In this document: in pieces, positions 1-13,800 of the stretch
How the letters are laid out: every line of letters starts with the position of its first letter
Numbering within the stretch: the first letter of the stretch is position 1
Source: Phoronis australis
Taxonomy: Eukaryota; Animalia; Phoronida
NCBI GenBank assembly: GCA_002633005.1
Contig: NMRA01000035.1
Location: 62,001 to 126,000, forward strand
Direction: 5' to 3'
DNA length: 64,000 bases
Position numbers and translations under genes: made by a program
Notes under the pieces: model-generated
Seen by the model: the letters and a program-made list of their open reading frames with translations, nothing else
What the model was told of the DNA's origin: nothing
Databases searched by the model: none

Positions 1-640
1 ATACAAATACGTGGGCGCGCAATAAACAAAAGATGTTTGCAAATCACGACCGAACGCCTTGACATAGTCTTTAAAACAATGTAAAAGAAGAGAGCTAAAA
101 TATCACTACCTGTATCACAAACCCAACATTTTCACTCAAAACAGGATTTTAAAGTGATATATTTTTGATAAGAAAACAATGAATATGAACGCATCTGTGA
201 AAGACAGTATCCAAACAACCAGGCAGCAAAACTAATCTAAAATAATGAGGTACCTGTTACACAAAAATGATTGAAAAAATCCTCATGCCGATTCACTGCA
301 ATGATCACAACATAACACGATTTACAAACAAAACCGAATAACAGTCTATTTACCACACCTATTTGGTCGTTAGAAGCAATATGTTATGATAAGCATGAAG
401 TGACATACAAGCAGACAAAGCATAAGGATTAAGCATAGGAAAGCAAAAGCCAGCAAATGTACAATCATGTTGTTGTAGTTACTAGACACCAAACATGATG
501 AAATAAAACAAATTTATTCGCAAAACAGCCCTAATCTCCAAATTTTCTTTTTCCAGGTATGGCACCTATGGTAAAAGACAAATCTTCTCAATCATAACTG
601 TAAGTATGTATGTTTTTTTTTTCAGACCATTTACCAAGTA

Positions 641-1636
641 GAACAAGAGAAACGCTAGGCGTTGAAATGTGCCAATCACTGCACCGCAAATGGTATACAT
701 CTAGGGGTGTTTATAATTATTATTATTATTATTATTATTAGCACCTTGTAATATATAAAATGAAAAGGCCACTAGAGGGCACAGCCAAGTACTGTCGTCT
801 CCCAGATTGAAAATTACTAGCTACATTTCATGATCTTGGTAGATAAAGAGCCATAGACTTAAATCGCCACAAGGGGACATCACAATAAAAGGACTAGTCC
901 CACAATCAAGGTCAGGTGTACTCCCCCAACAGGATCAATTACACTAAATTTCATTAAGGTCAGTTAAGGAACTTCAGTTGATGGATATCGAGAAACCAGC
1001 AAAAAACAAATTTGCCACTAGGGGCACCACAGTGATTGGATCCATCATTATCATCTTAATAGGAACACAACTGTAAAAATTTCAAAATGATCCTTTGAGT
1101 GCATTGGCATACAGAGGCGGAGACCAAAATACCCCAAAATGATAAAACTGTCGCTAAGGGATGCTGAATAATACATAATCAAAAAGAAATTGGAATATGC
1201 TTTGTCTCCTGAACAGAAACCTATTTCCATATTTCATCAAAGAATTTTATAGATATAGAAGCACATATAAATATAAGCTAAATAGCCACCAGGTGGGGTC
1301 ACGGTCGACCTGTGAAATTTCATGATTCTTGGTAATTAGAGACTGAGGCGAATGGCAAAAGATGCAAAACTAGCAAAAATAATCAATAGTTGGTACAGGT
1401 TATCTAGAATCTGTCTAAAGGAACATCCTGCCTGCCACCTCCATTATCGAACCCTGTTTGCCAAATTTCATGATGTCCCATCCATGGTAAGAGCATGTTC
1501 GAAAAACTTCATAAATATCCATCACAGGCTTCAGGAGATACAACAGCAAATGTTGCATGCTAGCTGGACACTGGACAGAGGGGATGACAGCATAATGTGC
1601 CCATACATATTAATCTATATGTAGGCACATAAAAAT
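641..1636 (+). mobile_element. Putative non-autonomous Helentron/DINE-like repeat
   Basis: Begins aacaagag, contains (TTA)n and recurring gccactaggggc / aaatttcat submotifs, and ends in the hairpin atgtgcccatacatat..tatatgtaggcacat followed by aaaaa. A similar segment lies at 61.7-62.06 kb. Confidence 0.4.
713..740. repeat. (TTA)n microsatellite
   Basis: ataattattattattattattattatta. Confidence 0.85.
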
Positions 1637-1746
1637 CGAGACACCACAGGGCTGACAGACCAATGCACCACTGGGCACAGTGAGACACCACCAGGCACAA
1701 AAAAGTTTCACTGGACTCCGCACCACATGACACAAACATTACAAAC

Positions 1747-1839
1747 CTGTAAGCAAATCCTTAGGTGGTTCATCAGGCGAATACGTTGTCTTTGTCACTG
1801 ATCTTTGTACAAAGCCCGTCTCATTCGTTTCTCGCCATT
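1747..1839 (-). CDS. Ank2: Ankyrin tail exon after the giant exon ([31 protein letters not shown])
   Basis: 93 nt, tgatag / GTTTGT, phase 1-1, open frame. There is no stop, so the gene continues left of the window. Confidence 0.68.
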
Positions 1840-4800
1840 CTATCAGTAAAAGTTAGTAGTGAAGAACAAGGCACAGTGTGATCAAGTACGAGTGCAAAAT
1901 GCCAGCACCAAGTGATTTCACGAAGTGAGAAGTAAATGATAATCTCACAACAGCTAAGAATGGAAGACTATAGAGACGCAATGATGACTTAGCAGTCAAG
2001 CAGAGTAGAAGACTCTTATTGCCTAATAGCTGATGATCAGATAAATTTAATTTCGTGTAAAATGTTTTCGGTCCACATACACTACTTGACACAAAGTGCG
2101 AACGGATACACATAACAAGTGACATTTCCCCATTAGTCTACAGGTTCAAGTAACGGCAAAGCATTTTTTGAAGTGAGGGGGTCCCCAACACCAAACTCCA
2201 CAAACATATTCATAAAAACGGTCAGTAAATAGAGTTGTTTGTTTTGTCACTTTTTAGTTCTGTAGAAATTTGACTGAATCCAGATATGTTAATAAGGTCC
2301 CATATAACCACAATGGATAACATTACCAAAAAGCGATTTTTGGTCAGTTTGGCATGTTTTAAAAGGTACTTTGAATATTTGTAATCGATATTCGTAAAAT
2401 TTAAATGTGCGATTCTGAAAACTGGAGGCGTGACACAATGAAGAAGTCACACATTGCAAACACTGTGTCAGACCAGCTGCATCAAAGTTGCATTAGTTTT
2501 ATTACCTGCTCCTGGCATCACTGCCCTGAAGTCAAAAGTCAAAACATTATGTAACGGGTCTGGAGCAGAAAACTTGGAGGCGTCTTAGCTATTAAGCAGT
2601 TATCAGAACAGAAGTACAAGAGAACAAACTAGAACCATTTCAAGTTTTCAGAAATAGCTCACTGCACCACATCTTCGGTACAATTACTCATATAAGTGGA
2701 AGAAAAAAGTTCAAAACACCTTTTATAATACATACAATGTGCCCAAATTGACCAAAAATGCCTTAAAAGGCAACACCTTCCTTTTACATCAGCCACTGAT
2801 TTCTGAATTTCCCAAGTTAGGCATCCTCCGCATTATCCCAGATGATTATGGTTTGTCAAAAATGATCCCAAGCAGGTGATTGCACTATTAAATGGGCTCA
2901 TATTGCAGTGAGGCTTTTTTAAAAGAAGCATATAATATAATTTGGCAAAATGCTAAGGAAAAGCAAGAAAGCTCGGAAACTATGCAAACAGTCTGTAAGT
3001 GCACATAATTCTGCTTGCCTTTCAAATAAAATACACAGTATTTCTGACAGTTTAGTCAAATTGTAATGGAATACAATTAACTGTGCCATGACCCTTAAAA
3101 ATGATTTGAAACAACTGAAGAACAGACATTGACCAAATAATATAAAAGGATAGCATGGCACAAATTAAATTGCTAAAATCGTTGCTGCTATTAAGCAATA
3201 CAATTTCCATTGAATTATGAAAGTGTGAACAATAATTTAATTTTCTATCATAAAGATGACTGAAAGCCAGAAATACTTCAACAGTTGAACAAAATGCAAA
3301 AACAAGGGACAGTTAATGAAGTAACTTAAAATGCTCACAATTGCAGCAAAATCAACTTTTTGGGGGATTGAAGACATGAAAAGATGGACCGATCAAATAC
3401 AGGATGTGGACTGATTACATGAGAAGGACTCTTAATAATAAGACGCCAACAACAGGACATGCAGACAAACAAAGGACGGCAAACAAATGATCTTTATTTG
3501 GAATGATTAGTGGGTTTTACAGACAAAACATGGTTAAATAATGCATTTTGTACAGTTCACAGAAAATGTCAGTAAATCTAGGAAGACATAAAAATCAACC
3601 AGTTGGTTTTTTTTAATTCGGTACTTTCACATGGGAGCATAAATTAAATGGTAAACCAATTAACCGAAAAGCATATGAAAGGCATAAAGAACGTTAAAAA
3701 AGGGAAATCAACTATTGACACCACAAAACAAAAATAACAAGAATAACAAGAATAAGATTAAACCAAGCACTAATTAAAATAAGCAGGACAACTCACTCTT
3801 TCTACACAAAGCATTTAAAACTTGAGACGGCAGATTAATATGCTAATGAAATGTATCATAGAGGCTAAAGCAAAGCAAAATAGAAGAACTGGTCGATTTT
3901 TCATACAAAAAAGTGCCACTAGACCATAAAGCATTTCTTCTGCAACAAGCTCTCTCTCTCTCTCTAAATGAGCCATGCTGTTGTGCTCATAAGCGTTTCT
4001 CACCTGGTGTATCAAATTGGGATGTGTGACCAGTTGTCTCGTAATGGGTCTTCACCACTCGCTTTTTCACCACAGTCCCATCATCCAGTGTCTCCTCATA
4101 CTCTTGTACATCTGCACCATCGGGAATGGCACCAAACTCGGCAGACATCAGGGCCTGCATATCAGGCATCTGCGGTGCTGGGAGTGCTTCCTCTCTGACA
4201 ACCTCTTCCCCATTTTCATTAGTTGTCACAACACGACGTGTCACAGTTTGATGAGACTTAACTATCCTACGCTTCACAATTGTCCCATCTGGTAGGGTTT
4301 CTTCGTACTCTTCCACTTCATCACTAGGACCTGCTGTGAACTGATGAGAAGCAAGATCAAGTCGGCCTTCTTGCAACTGGCCAAGTTCCTCAGGCCCAGC
4401 AGACAGCAGATCCTCACCAGAAATCTTACGATGTACAGTTTGTTGTGTTTTTGTGACTACCACTCTTCGTTTTACAATGCTACCATCGGGTAATGTTTCT
4501 TCAAACTCTTCAACCTCAGGTGTCGATTCAGTATGCTCAGAAAAGTCATCTGGAACACCTTCAAGAATTTCAGACCCATCCAATGTGTGAACTACTCGGT
4601 GGGTTACTTTCTTGGTGACACGTTTCTTGATTATCTTTTTCCTGACAACAGTGCCATCTGGAAGAGTTTCTTCAACACACTCCACATCTTCTTCAGTCTG
4701 AGGAGCATCTTCCAGTGTCTCTTCCAGTCTAAAGCCATGGCCACCTTCTGTCGCTGACTGAGATTGGAATGTTTGCATCGTCTCATCAAATTCTCCCTGT

Positions 4801-7800
4801 ATACGTTCTGAAGAAATGTGATGGTCTTCAAATTCCTTGTTGGGCTCCAACTGCTCAACTTGTTGCACTAGCTCATCATCAGTAGTACTTTGCACTGGAG
4901 AATCGTCCATTTCCATATCTCTACCTAGTGCTTCTTGTGGAATTTCATCTTGTATTAGAAGCTGTGCTGGAGAAACAGGTGTAGGAGAAGGTTCTTCCTC
5001 GGTCACTTTATCTTCAAGAAATTTATCATCAAAACCTTTAGTTTGTGAATCTTCTTCTTCGAGGGGAGTCGGAATAGGAGTCATCTCTTCAGTTACCACA
5101 ATTTGATCTGAAATTTCTATTTCCTGGCCAAGTTCATGTGACACAAGAGTTTGTTCAAAATCCTCCAATTTAGGTGTTTCATCAACAAATGGATGATCAG
5201 CTTCAGGAGTACCAATGAGATCTGGGGATGTCTCATGAACTGAACTCCCAGGTGAGGACACCTCCTCAACAACAGGTGGTTCTTCTGTAGCAACTTTTTC
5301 AAAACCTGTTTCATCTAATTCAAAAGGAATTTCCTGAATTATAGGACTTTCGGGTGGTGAAACCTTGTCTGTTGCAGGAACATCTTGAAAAGTTTCTTCT
5401 GGCGGTTCTTCAACTGTGCAAACATTTGAAACTTCAGGAAGTGTTTCAACACGTCTCTCTTCTTCGTTTACTTCTTCGATAGTGGTAGACTGTTCAAAAT
5501 GGGTTTCCTCCAAATCTTCACCCTCCGCTGCTTCATCTTCTGTAGTCTTCGACTCATCTAAAAGAACTTCCTCTGAGGTCTGGTCCAGTAATCCAGCAGC
5601 AGTATAATCAGTAGGATATACATCCTCACTGACATGAGTCACTAAGGTTTCCTCACCAAATTCTGCTTCAAGTGGTTCAGGTGACTGAGGTTCATCAAAA
5701 AGTTCTACTTCAGGATCTTCCTCAATAATGTGCTTAGTGACTGTTTTTGTGACACGTGTCTTCATGATCTTTCGTATAACAGTTGTTCCATCTGGAAGTA
5801 ACTCTTCAAATTCCTCGACATCTGTGTGAGTCTCTGGTTTGCCTTCATACATTTCCATAGTTACTTCTCCAGTATAATCAGGGTGGAATTCATCTAAATA
5901 GCGTGACTGAGTTGGCTCTAAAGCCATGTCACGAATCTGTTCTGGTGTAATGCTTTGCCACCCTTCTGTAATGTATCGTTCTGTGAGCTCTTGAGTTGTC
6001 TTTGTTTTAATTATCTTTTTCTTAACAATTGTCCCATCAGGAAGTACCTCTTCAAGTTCTTGAACATCAGTCGCTGTTTCTGGTTCACTTTCAACGATTT
6101 CTGATCTCGTTATTGCACCTGGAGGAGCAGAGGCATGGGATGATGGTTGTTCTTCTTCAACAATTTCTTCTTCCAGAGGTTCATCTTGGTCTTCTTCCAT
6201 TTGTTCGAACTGTTCATCAATCAGCTCTTCGGTATATTCTTGTTCCTCAAGAGGATAACGTCGCTCAGCAAACTGCTCATCTTCAGCCAAAGCACTTATC
6301 AATTCTCCTGCTTCTTCAGGAGGCTCAAATTCTTTTCCAGCCTTATCAACAGGAGCATCCTCATAAGCAATTGGTGATTCTGGACCTAGTTCATGAGTGG
6401 ATATGTCAGCAGGGGCAACATTTTCTTCTGCAACATCTTGTTCTTTTACCTCTTGCTCTTGACTTTCATATTCTAGGTGGTCTTCTTCAATTTGTTCAAA
6501 CTGTTCATTAATCAGCTCTTCCGTATATTCTTGTTCCTCAAGAGGAAAGCGACGCTCAGGAAACTGGTCATCATCAGGCAAAGCACTTCTCAATTCTCCT
6601 GCTTCTTCAGGAGGCTCAAATTCTTTTCCAGCCTTATCAACAGGAGCATCCTCATCAGCAGTTGGCGATTCTGGACCTAGTTCCTGAGTGGATATATCAG
6701 CAGGGGCAACATTTTCTTCTGCAACATCTTGTTCTTTTACCTCTTGCTCTTGACTTTCATATTTTAGGTGGTCTTCTTCAATTTGTTCAAACTGTTCATT
6801 AATCAGCTCTTCGGTATATTCTTGTTCCTCAAGAGGATAATGTCGCTCAGCAAACTGCTCATCTTCAGCCAAAGCACTTATCAATTCTCCTGCTTCTTCA
6901 GGAGGCTCAAATTCTTTTCCAGCCTTATCAACAGGAGCATCCTCATAAGCAATTGGTGATTCTGGACCTAGTTCATGAGTGGATATGTCAGCAGGGGCAA
7001 CATTTTCTTCTGCAACATCTTGTTCTTTTACCTCTTGCTCTTGACTTTCATATTTTAGGTGGTCTTTTTCAATTTGTTCAAACTGTTCATTAATCAGCTC
7101 TTCGGTATATTCTTGTCCCTCAAGAGGATAACGTCGCTCAGCAAACTGCTCATCTTCAGCCAAAGCACTTATCAATTCTCCTGCTTCTTCAGGAGGCTCA
7201 AATTCTTTTCCAGCCTTATCAACAGGAGCATCCTCATAAGCAATTGGTGATTCTGGACCTAGTTCATGAGTGGATATGTCAGCAGGGGCAACATTTTCTT
7301 CTGCAACATCTTGTTCTTTTACCTCTTGCTCTTGACTTTCGTATTTTAGGTAGTCTTCTTCCATTTGTTCAAACTGTTTATCAGTCAGTTTTTCCGATTC
7401 TTCAGGAGGCTCAAATTCTTCTCCAGCCTTATCAACAGGAGCATCCTCATAAGCAATTGGTGATTCTGGACGTAGTTCATCTGTGGACAAATCAGCAGGA
7501 GCAATATTTTCTTCTCCAACATCTTGTTCTTTTACCTCTTGCTCTTGACGTTCATATTCTAGGTAGCTTTGTTCAGTTATCACATTCTGTTGAGACACTT
7601 CCACATTTGTTTGAGTCTCATCATGTGTTTCATACAGGTCAGAAGGAACTTCGTGCTTAGGAACCTCTTCAGCAGTAGCATCACTTTCACCAGGATATTC
7701 TTCAAATATAGGTGACTGGCCATCTGTCTCAGCAGGAAATTCGTCTGGGATAAGTTCTTCCTGCTCCATATACTGCCTTTCAAAAGTAGTATCTGGAGTA

Positions 7801-10800
7801 ATAGGAGCAGCAGCCGGCGTGTAGTCCTCTTCAACTAGTTCTGTTGTCTCAACTTCTTTACCCTCTACGAAAGAATCTTTTGCGAAGAGAGGCTGATAGC
7901 GCTCTTCCTCAGGAGTTGGTTCAGCTTCTTCAGGCTGGCGATCTTCAATTACCTGGGTCTCGGGCAATTTCTGATCAATAACCTCTTGCCCAGATGTCAC
8001 ACCAGCGTAGCGTGTCTCATCAGCCTCAGAAGAGAATTCTGAAGAGTAAGAAAATAGAAAATAGAAACCTTCACCAAACAAGAAGGGTGCAACAGAAGGC
8101 AGAATGCTAGCAACATAAAGTTCATGCTAATCCAATGTAGTAATAAATCAAACTTCTTAACACATGAGTTTCACATTAATTGTGGGCACACCAAGGTGAA
8201 ATTTGTAATATCACTATACAGTTGAAAAGCAAAAGTGTAAGGAACAAAACTATCAAGTCGTATTAATAATTCTGTCAATAAAAGTGTCGCTATTGAACAG
8301 CAGCCAGTGGACGTACAAAACAAAGCAGAAAATGACGTGTTACATACCTTCAAATCAGTGGCAAAGAATAAGCAGCAGCGACAGCCACTGAAAATTATTT
8401 GTTCTAAACCGCGCAGCTGATCAAGAACATGCAAGACCAAGCGTAGGCTCTTAATGTAGGTTATTTATTTGTGGATCTGGGCTAAACTGATGGAAGGCAT
8501 AACCAAGTGAGTGTGCATTGGCTAAGTGATACAATCCAGCACTGGTAACAGCAGCAGCAGCATGAACTTTCAAACAAACATGTTGAAGTAGTAAATTAAT
8601 AATATATAATACATAATGTTTATGCTGCTGAGCACGTTTGGCATTTGGAAAGCAGGCAGTTTGCACTCTAAAAGATACATTGTTTGTAGAATAACATGTT
8701 AATAAATGCATATCACAGTCAAAGCGACGTGGAAAAAAGTAACCAATGGGCAAACATAGTATTGTGAAGAGTCATGTCCATTTGGAATCCATTACCAACT
8801 TATTCGCATCTTGAATCAGAACCCATGCACATGTTAGGGATATCATTCCAAATATCTTTTTGTTATGAAGGCGTGTTGTCAGATACTTAGCCAATTGGTA
8901 CCTAAGTCAAGAGCTCATACAGAGCAATAAAGTGGTTTAGAATGCAGTAGCTAAACAAAATAGAAATATTCGCATACAATCAGTTTTAAAGGGGCTCCAA
9001 GCGCATGATTCTTCACTCTGCTCAAAGCAGGACTTTTACTGAGAAGATTAGGTCCAACAAAATAACGGCCTCTACAAAATTTCATACGTTGACGTCGAGT
9101 GACCACAACGTTTAATAACCCGAATGTCATTAGTTTAACATAAACAAGACCCAACCAATTCCGTTGGAATACACTAGAGTACAATTTAACCTAGTTAGCA
9201 GGCATCTAACTTAGTCATGTTAGTAGGCCGCATATCACAAAATCTGACATGCGTCAATCTAAATTTAGCTTCAGTACAAGAGTACTGAGATTCTATTTTA
9301 CAAGCTTCATGCTGCACGTAACTCACACGACAAAAATGAAAGCCGACACACACAAGTGTTCCAAAGCGGAATACATGTCCAGTACATACAATGGAATTTC
9401 ACACTACAGGGTATGGATGAAATATATCAAGTCACCTTTACGCAACAAGTTACCCTTAGAAAAACTTGTCCTACAGCATCTTGCCCTCAGTCAGCTGAGT
9501 GTCCAAACTACACACAGAACACCTTTTGACACAACGGAAGCATGGCTGCAGTTCAATGTGTTGGTTATTTGTATTGTTCTTTTCCGAGGTTTCTGCTCAT
9601 TTCTCGGGCATCGACTATTAGGCATCGACTATTAGATATTAAGTATTAGATTGTGTACGCAATCTTTCACGAGTAACTTGTTCTAGGTTAACTTGTATTT
9701 CTGACGGTACTTAAGCAGTGCCTAAGTATGTGATTTTGCAAAACTCGTCTGCAGAACTGCAAGAATGAAGCTATTAGCATGACAAGACAAATGTCATTTG
9801 CAGAAGAAAGTGTAGTAGTCTGAAGAACAATCAACTTTTAATTTAAAACATCGTTGAATAGACTTCACACACCTTCAACATAGGGAGCTTCCGCCGCCAT
9901 CTCTTGAGCAGTAGCACCACTTTCCACAGCCTCATCATCTGACATCTGCTCATCTGGTTGGTACTCTGGTTGCCTCTCAGTGACAACATCTCCCTCAGGG
10001 GTTAGTTCAGCTTCAGCTAAGCGGTCAATGATATCCTTCACCTCTGGGCTGGCCTCTTCAATTACTTGTCCATCTTCTACAATTGACATTGAGTGGATAA
10101 GACATGTAAGACACAAAAACGACATTTAAAAAGACAATATGTGAAAATCATTAAGTGCAAGAAGAGACTATGAGCTTTAACACACAACTGTGCACTTCCT
10201 TAGCTCTACTGACCTGCAATCAGATATGCCCGTGCGAGCACATTTGTTATCTTACACATTTTGTGAATAACATAGCATACACCATTTCCATCAAATGGCC
10301 TCTACCATTAGCGGTACAATTTACTAAGTTGCAGCCTAAGTCCTACCAGATGTTTATTCTAACAACACTGTATTAGAAGAGTCCTACCAGAAGATGAAAG
10401 TGCTAAGCCAATCCTACTGTTCGCATTTACTACAGAACACTAGCGCATATCTATCAAGAGCAGTAGTTTCTATCACTAGGATATAGGCGCACATTTAACA
10501 TACCCAATACAGACGCATACACAGAGTTGAGTTCCATACACTCAAGACATTGGCCAAGTGTGACTAGAGGCAAGAAATCTTCACTTACAGCACAGAAACA
10601 ACAAATACTATCCCATAATTTAGCATCACATTACCAATCAATCACTTCAAAGGCCACAAATTTGCTTAAGGTATAATAGTAGGTTCTAGAGCACACTCAG
10701 TTTTCACTAAATTGTGATTTTCTGCAGTCATGCGTGATCTTGCTTTTTGGCGACATTCTTGCGCCTATGGAACACATCCCTGATCAAACCCAAATGTTGA

Positions 10801-13800
10801 ATTAATTATTTTATGCTCGTCACTTTGGCCCAACACAGATGGATAAGTATGAGCTCAGCTGACTGCTTCAGATCATAGCTCGATGCAGGTGACCTGCAAA
10901 CAGTGAGACAAAATGTTCACATACCTGTGAACTACATTCGAAGTAATCAGCATAAATGTACTAGACATGGTTGCAATTAATTTTCATTGGCTACCGAAGG
11001 TAACTGACTACGCAGTTAGCTCACGTTGCCAGCATACTGTGAGGATTTACACAAGAGGAGAAAGAAACAAAACAAGTGAGATATTCACCCCACCGCTTCT
11101 TACTAGCAAAATCCTCAGTTCATTTTTGATACAGACATGAGCTATGACCTGAGCTCACTTGCATTTGAGGGGTGTAGCTCTCCATCTGCGCTGTCCCGTA
11201 CAAACAGCTCAATTTTGTGACAATGACGTAAGTGTGCAACAAATGAAACTACATGACACTGTGACATCATGGTTCTTATTAAGCATGCTATGTCTAGGCA
11301 ACCAGGAACTAGAGTTAAATGTTAACTAAATTGAAGATAGATCAACAGTAAGTTAACAGCATTTAAGGACAACATAAGTGTAAGCTTACATGTGAACGCC
11401 TTATCAAATAACCTTCACACTGTCCAATGTGAGCTCCCTCAACTACATAATATTTTTTGTTAATAGAACAACCGGATGAGAAGGTTTCCCACGTGTCTGA
11501 AATTTCATATTACTTTTCAAAAGATGTTACAAAGCAACTGAGTTAGAACTGAATACAAAGCAAACCTTTCCTAACCTTAAATACATCACTTCAGAAAGAC
11601 ACCTAAATAAATAAGGTTTTACAAAATTGGTAAAAATGCATTACATGCCAATAAGTACTGCGTGAAACCAGATCAGATATTCCATAGCGCAAATAAGACG
11701 AAGCATGAAATCAACGTTGCAGCCAAGTGAGAATATGAGTACGGAAACGAGAGCCAGTCAGCAACTTGTTGGTGGTAAACTAATAGCGAGAAAGCAAAGA
11801 AATATGCCATTGCTGTGAATGTCTTACGAGTGTTAAAAGCCTGTGGTAGCCAGGAAACGCAGCCTGAGCAACTAACAAGACAATGACCAGCTTGACTTGC
11901 AAGGATAAAGTTTATAATGGATTTAGAAAAAAGTACATTTTGTAAACTAAAAATCCAAAACAGTTCATCAAGTCCAATTAATAAATAAACTGGAAGGAAA
12001 AATCCTTTCATTTCACGATGTCATTTCAGTCACTGGTCAAGTGAATTTTAACCAATGACAACTGACTGGTAGTGTCAGTCAGTTGCCTTCAGACAAAACT
12101 GATCAAAAATTGAGTGAAGATGATCTTCGTTTTATCCTTTTTTCTTTTCAAACCTTGCTAGTTGCCCATGGTCAATAAGGGAACGTGCAGTTAGGCGACA
12201 ACGCCCTCTACCTGTCTCGTAATGAGTCTTGACATGGTGCTGTTCAAAAATAGTGACCCATTTCTCACCATCCCAGACCTCCTCCACTTCACGCCACGGT
12301 TGGTCTGACAGGACAACAGAACACATAACAATCAGCGTTAGCACAACTCATACCGCGCAGCCATTGGCCGGTGTTTTGTTGGACCACTGTTAGTCATTGA
12401 CATACTTAGCCATTGGTATGCTGGTGCAAGAGGGGAATAATGTTGTGTTGAAACCAACCTTGAGGAGACAGCTATTGGTAAGTTAATCACTGCAACACTA
12501 ATACAAAGCCTGTACAAGCACCATGTTAGCATGTGTTAACCACCGTTTGTTATTGACTAGATAGCTTAAGGTTAAATCTCACAACAAATATTTGCCACAA
12601 AAGCCTTCCACATGCACTGAATAATAAACCGTCACTAACATCAACTACTTTGAAGCTAACTAGAAGCTATTTAGATCAATTCTCAGTACGACACACATTA
12701 GGCATCACTTCTACTGTTATCTTGATGTAAAATGCACAAAACAAATACTATCCTAAAGTAGTGAATTCCTAAATAAGAATGCCTAAGAAGCTCACACTAA
12801 AGCATCAACGTCTTACTATAAGCGACACTCCATTCTAATGCTACTACAAGCAATGTTTCTCACAACTATGTATAACACATTTTATGTGCTTCATTCTTCA
12901 TTCAACACTCAAGCACCACCAAACATGACAAAGATGAGGAGACAGAAGAAGTGAAGAGAACAGCAATGTAGATTTATAGATGATACAATAGAACACAAGA
13001 TACAATACAATACAGTACAATACAACACAAGATCAGAGTCATATACAAGCATCAGATACAAACATTAATCAATAGAAAGCCTGGAATATAAAGTGACAAA
13101 GACAGACAACAGAACGGTGGCGTAACATCGACTATATGAAAACAACAGGGGGGAAGCACCGCGACATACTACAGATGATGGACATGATCATTTATCCAGA
13201 CAGAGTACTTAATGTATAAATTGTAGATCAGAATTTGCTGAAAAAAATTCCCGATAATGCAGAGCAATCTGGGTCCTTCTACTGGGGGTTAATGACTGAT
13301 TCCAAAAATTTTTTGTTGCCATTAGCAGGTGTTCCTGGTTCAGGAGTTGCTGTCTAGAAACATTGCCAGAGGACGCTGCAATTTTCACAGGAAAGTCACT
13401 TATCAATCCCAATAGAGGACACCAGGTGGAAAAAAATGTTCATTAAGTTTCCAGAAGTCTTGATTTAAATAATTTACACTTTAAGACTGCACACCTTTCA
13501 CCTAACAAAACAATGTTACCATAAAATGTGAATTTCAGTTGCACAAATCACATCACATTTCACAATATTTGAGGAAAAAAACAGAAGAAAATCCGTTTTG
13601 CTACACATTGATTGTTTCTTGTGTGGGATAATCAATGCAATAAAAATCACTTTCTGGAAACAAAAAGTGACATGAGTTTGCAAGTGAACAGAAAACAAAC
13701 AGAGCAGAAAAACAAGATAATGGAAATAACATAGAGAGCAGGGACACTCACAAATCTGAAAAGAAAACTGAGTCTCAGTAAAGAGGGCAAGTTCCCCTCC

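Noticed and set aside
6029-7660. Repeated plus-strand ORFs ([15 protein letters not shown]...)
   Set aside because: Antisense shadows of the 291-bp coding repeat in the minus-strand giant exon.
3987-8081. 1364-aa ORF as a standalone gene
   Set aside because: The start is a TTG within a polypyrimidine tract. Canonical acceptor and donor sites at 8038 and 4004 make it an internal ankyrin exon.
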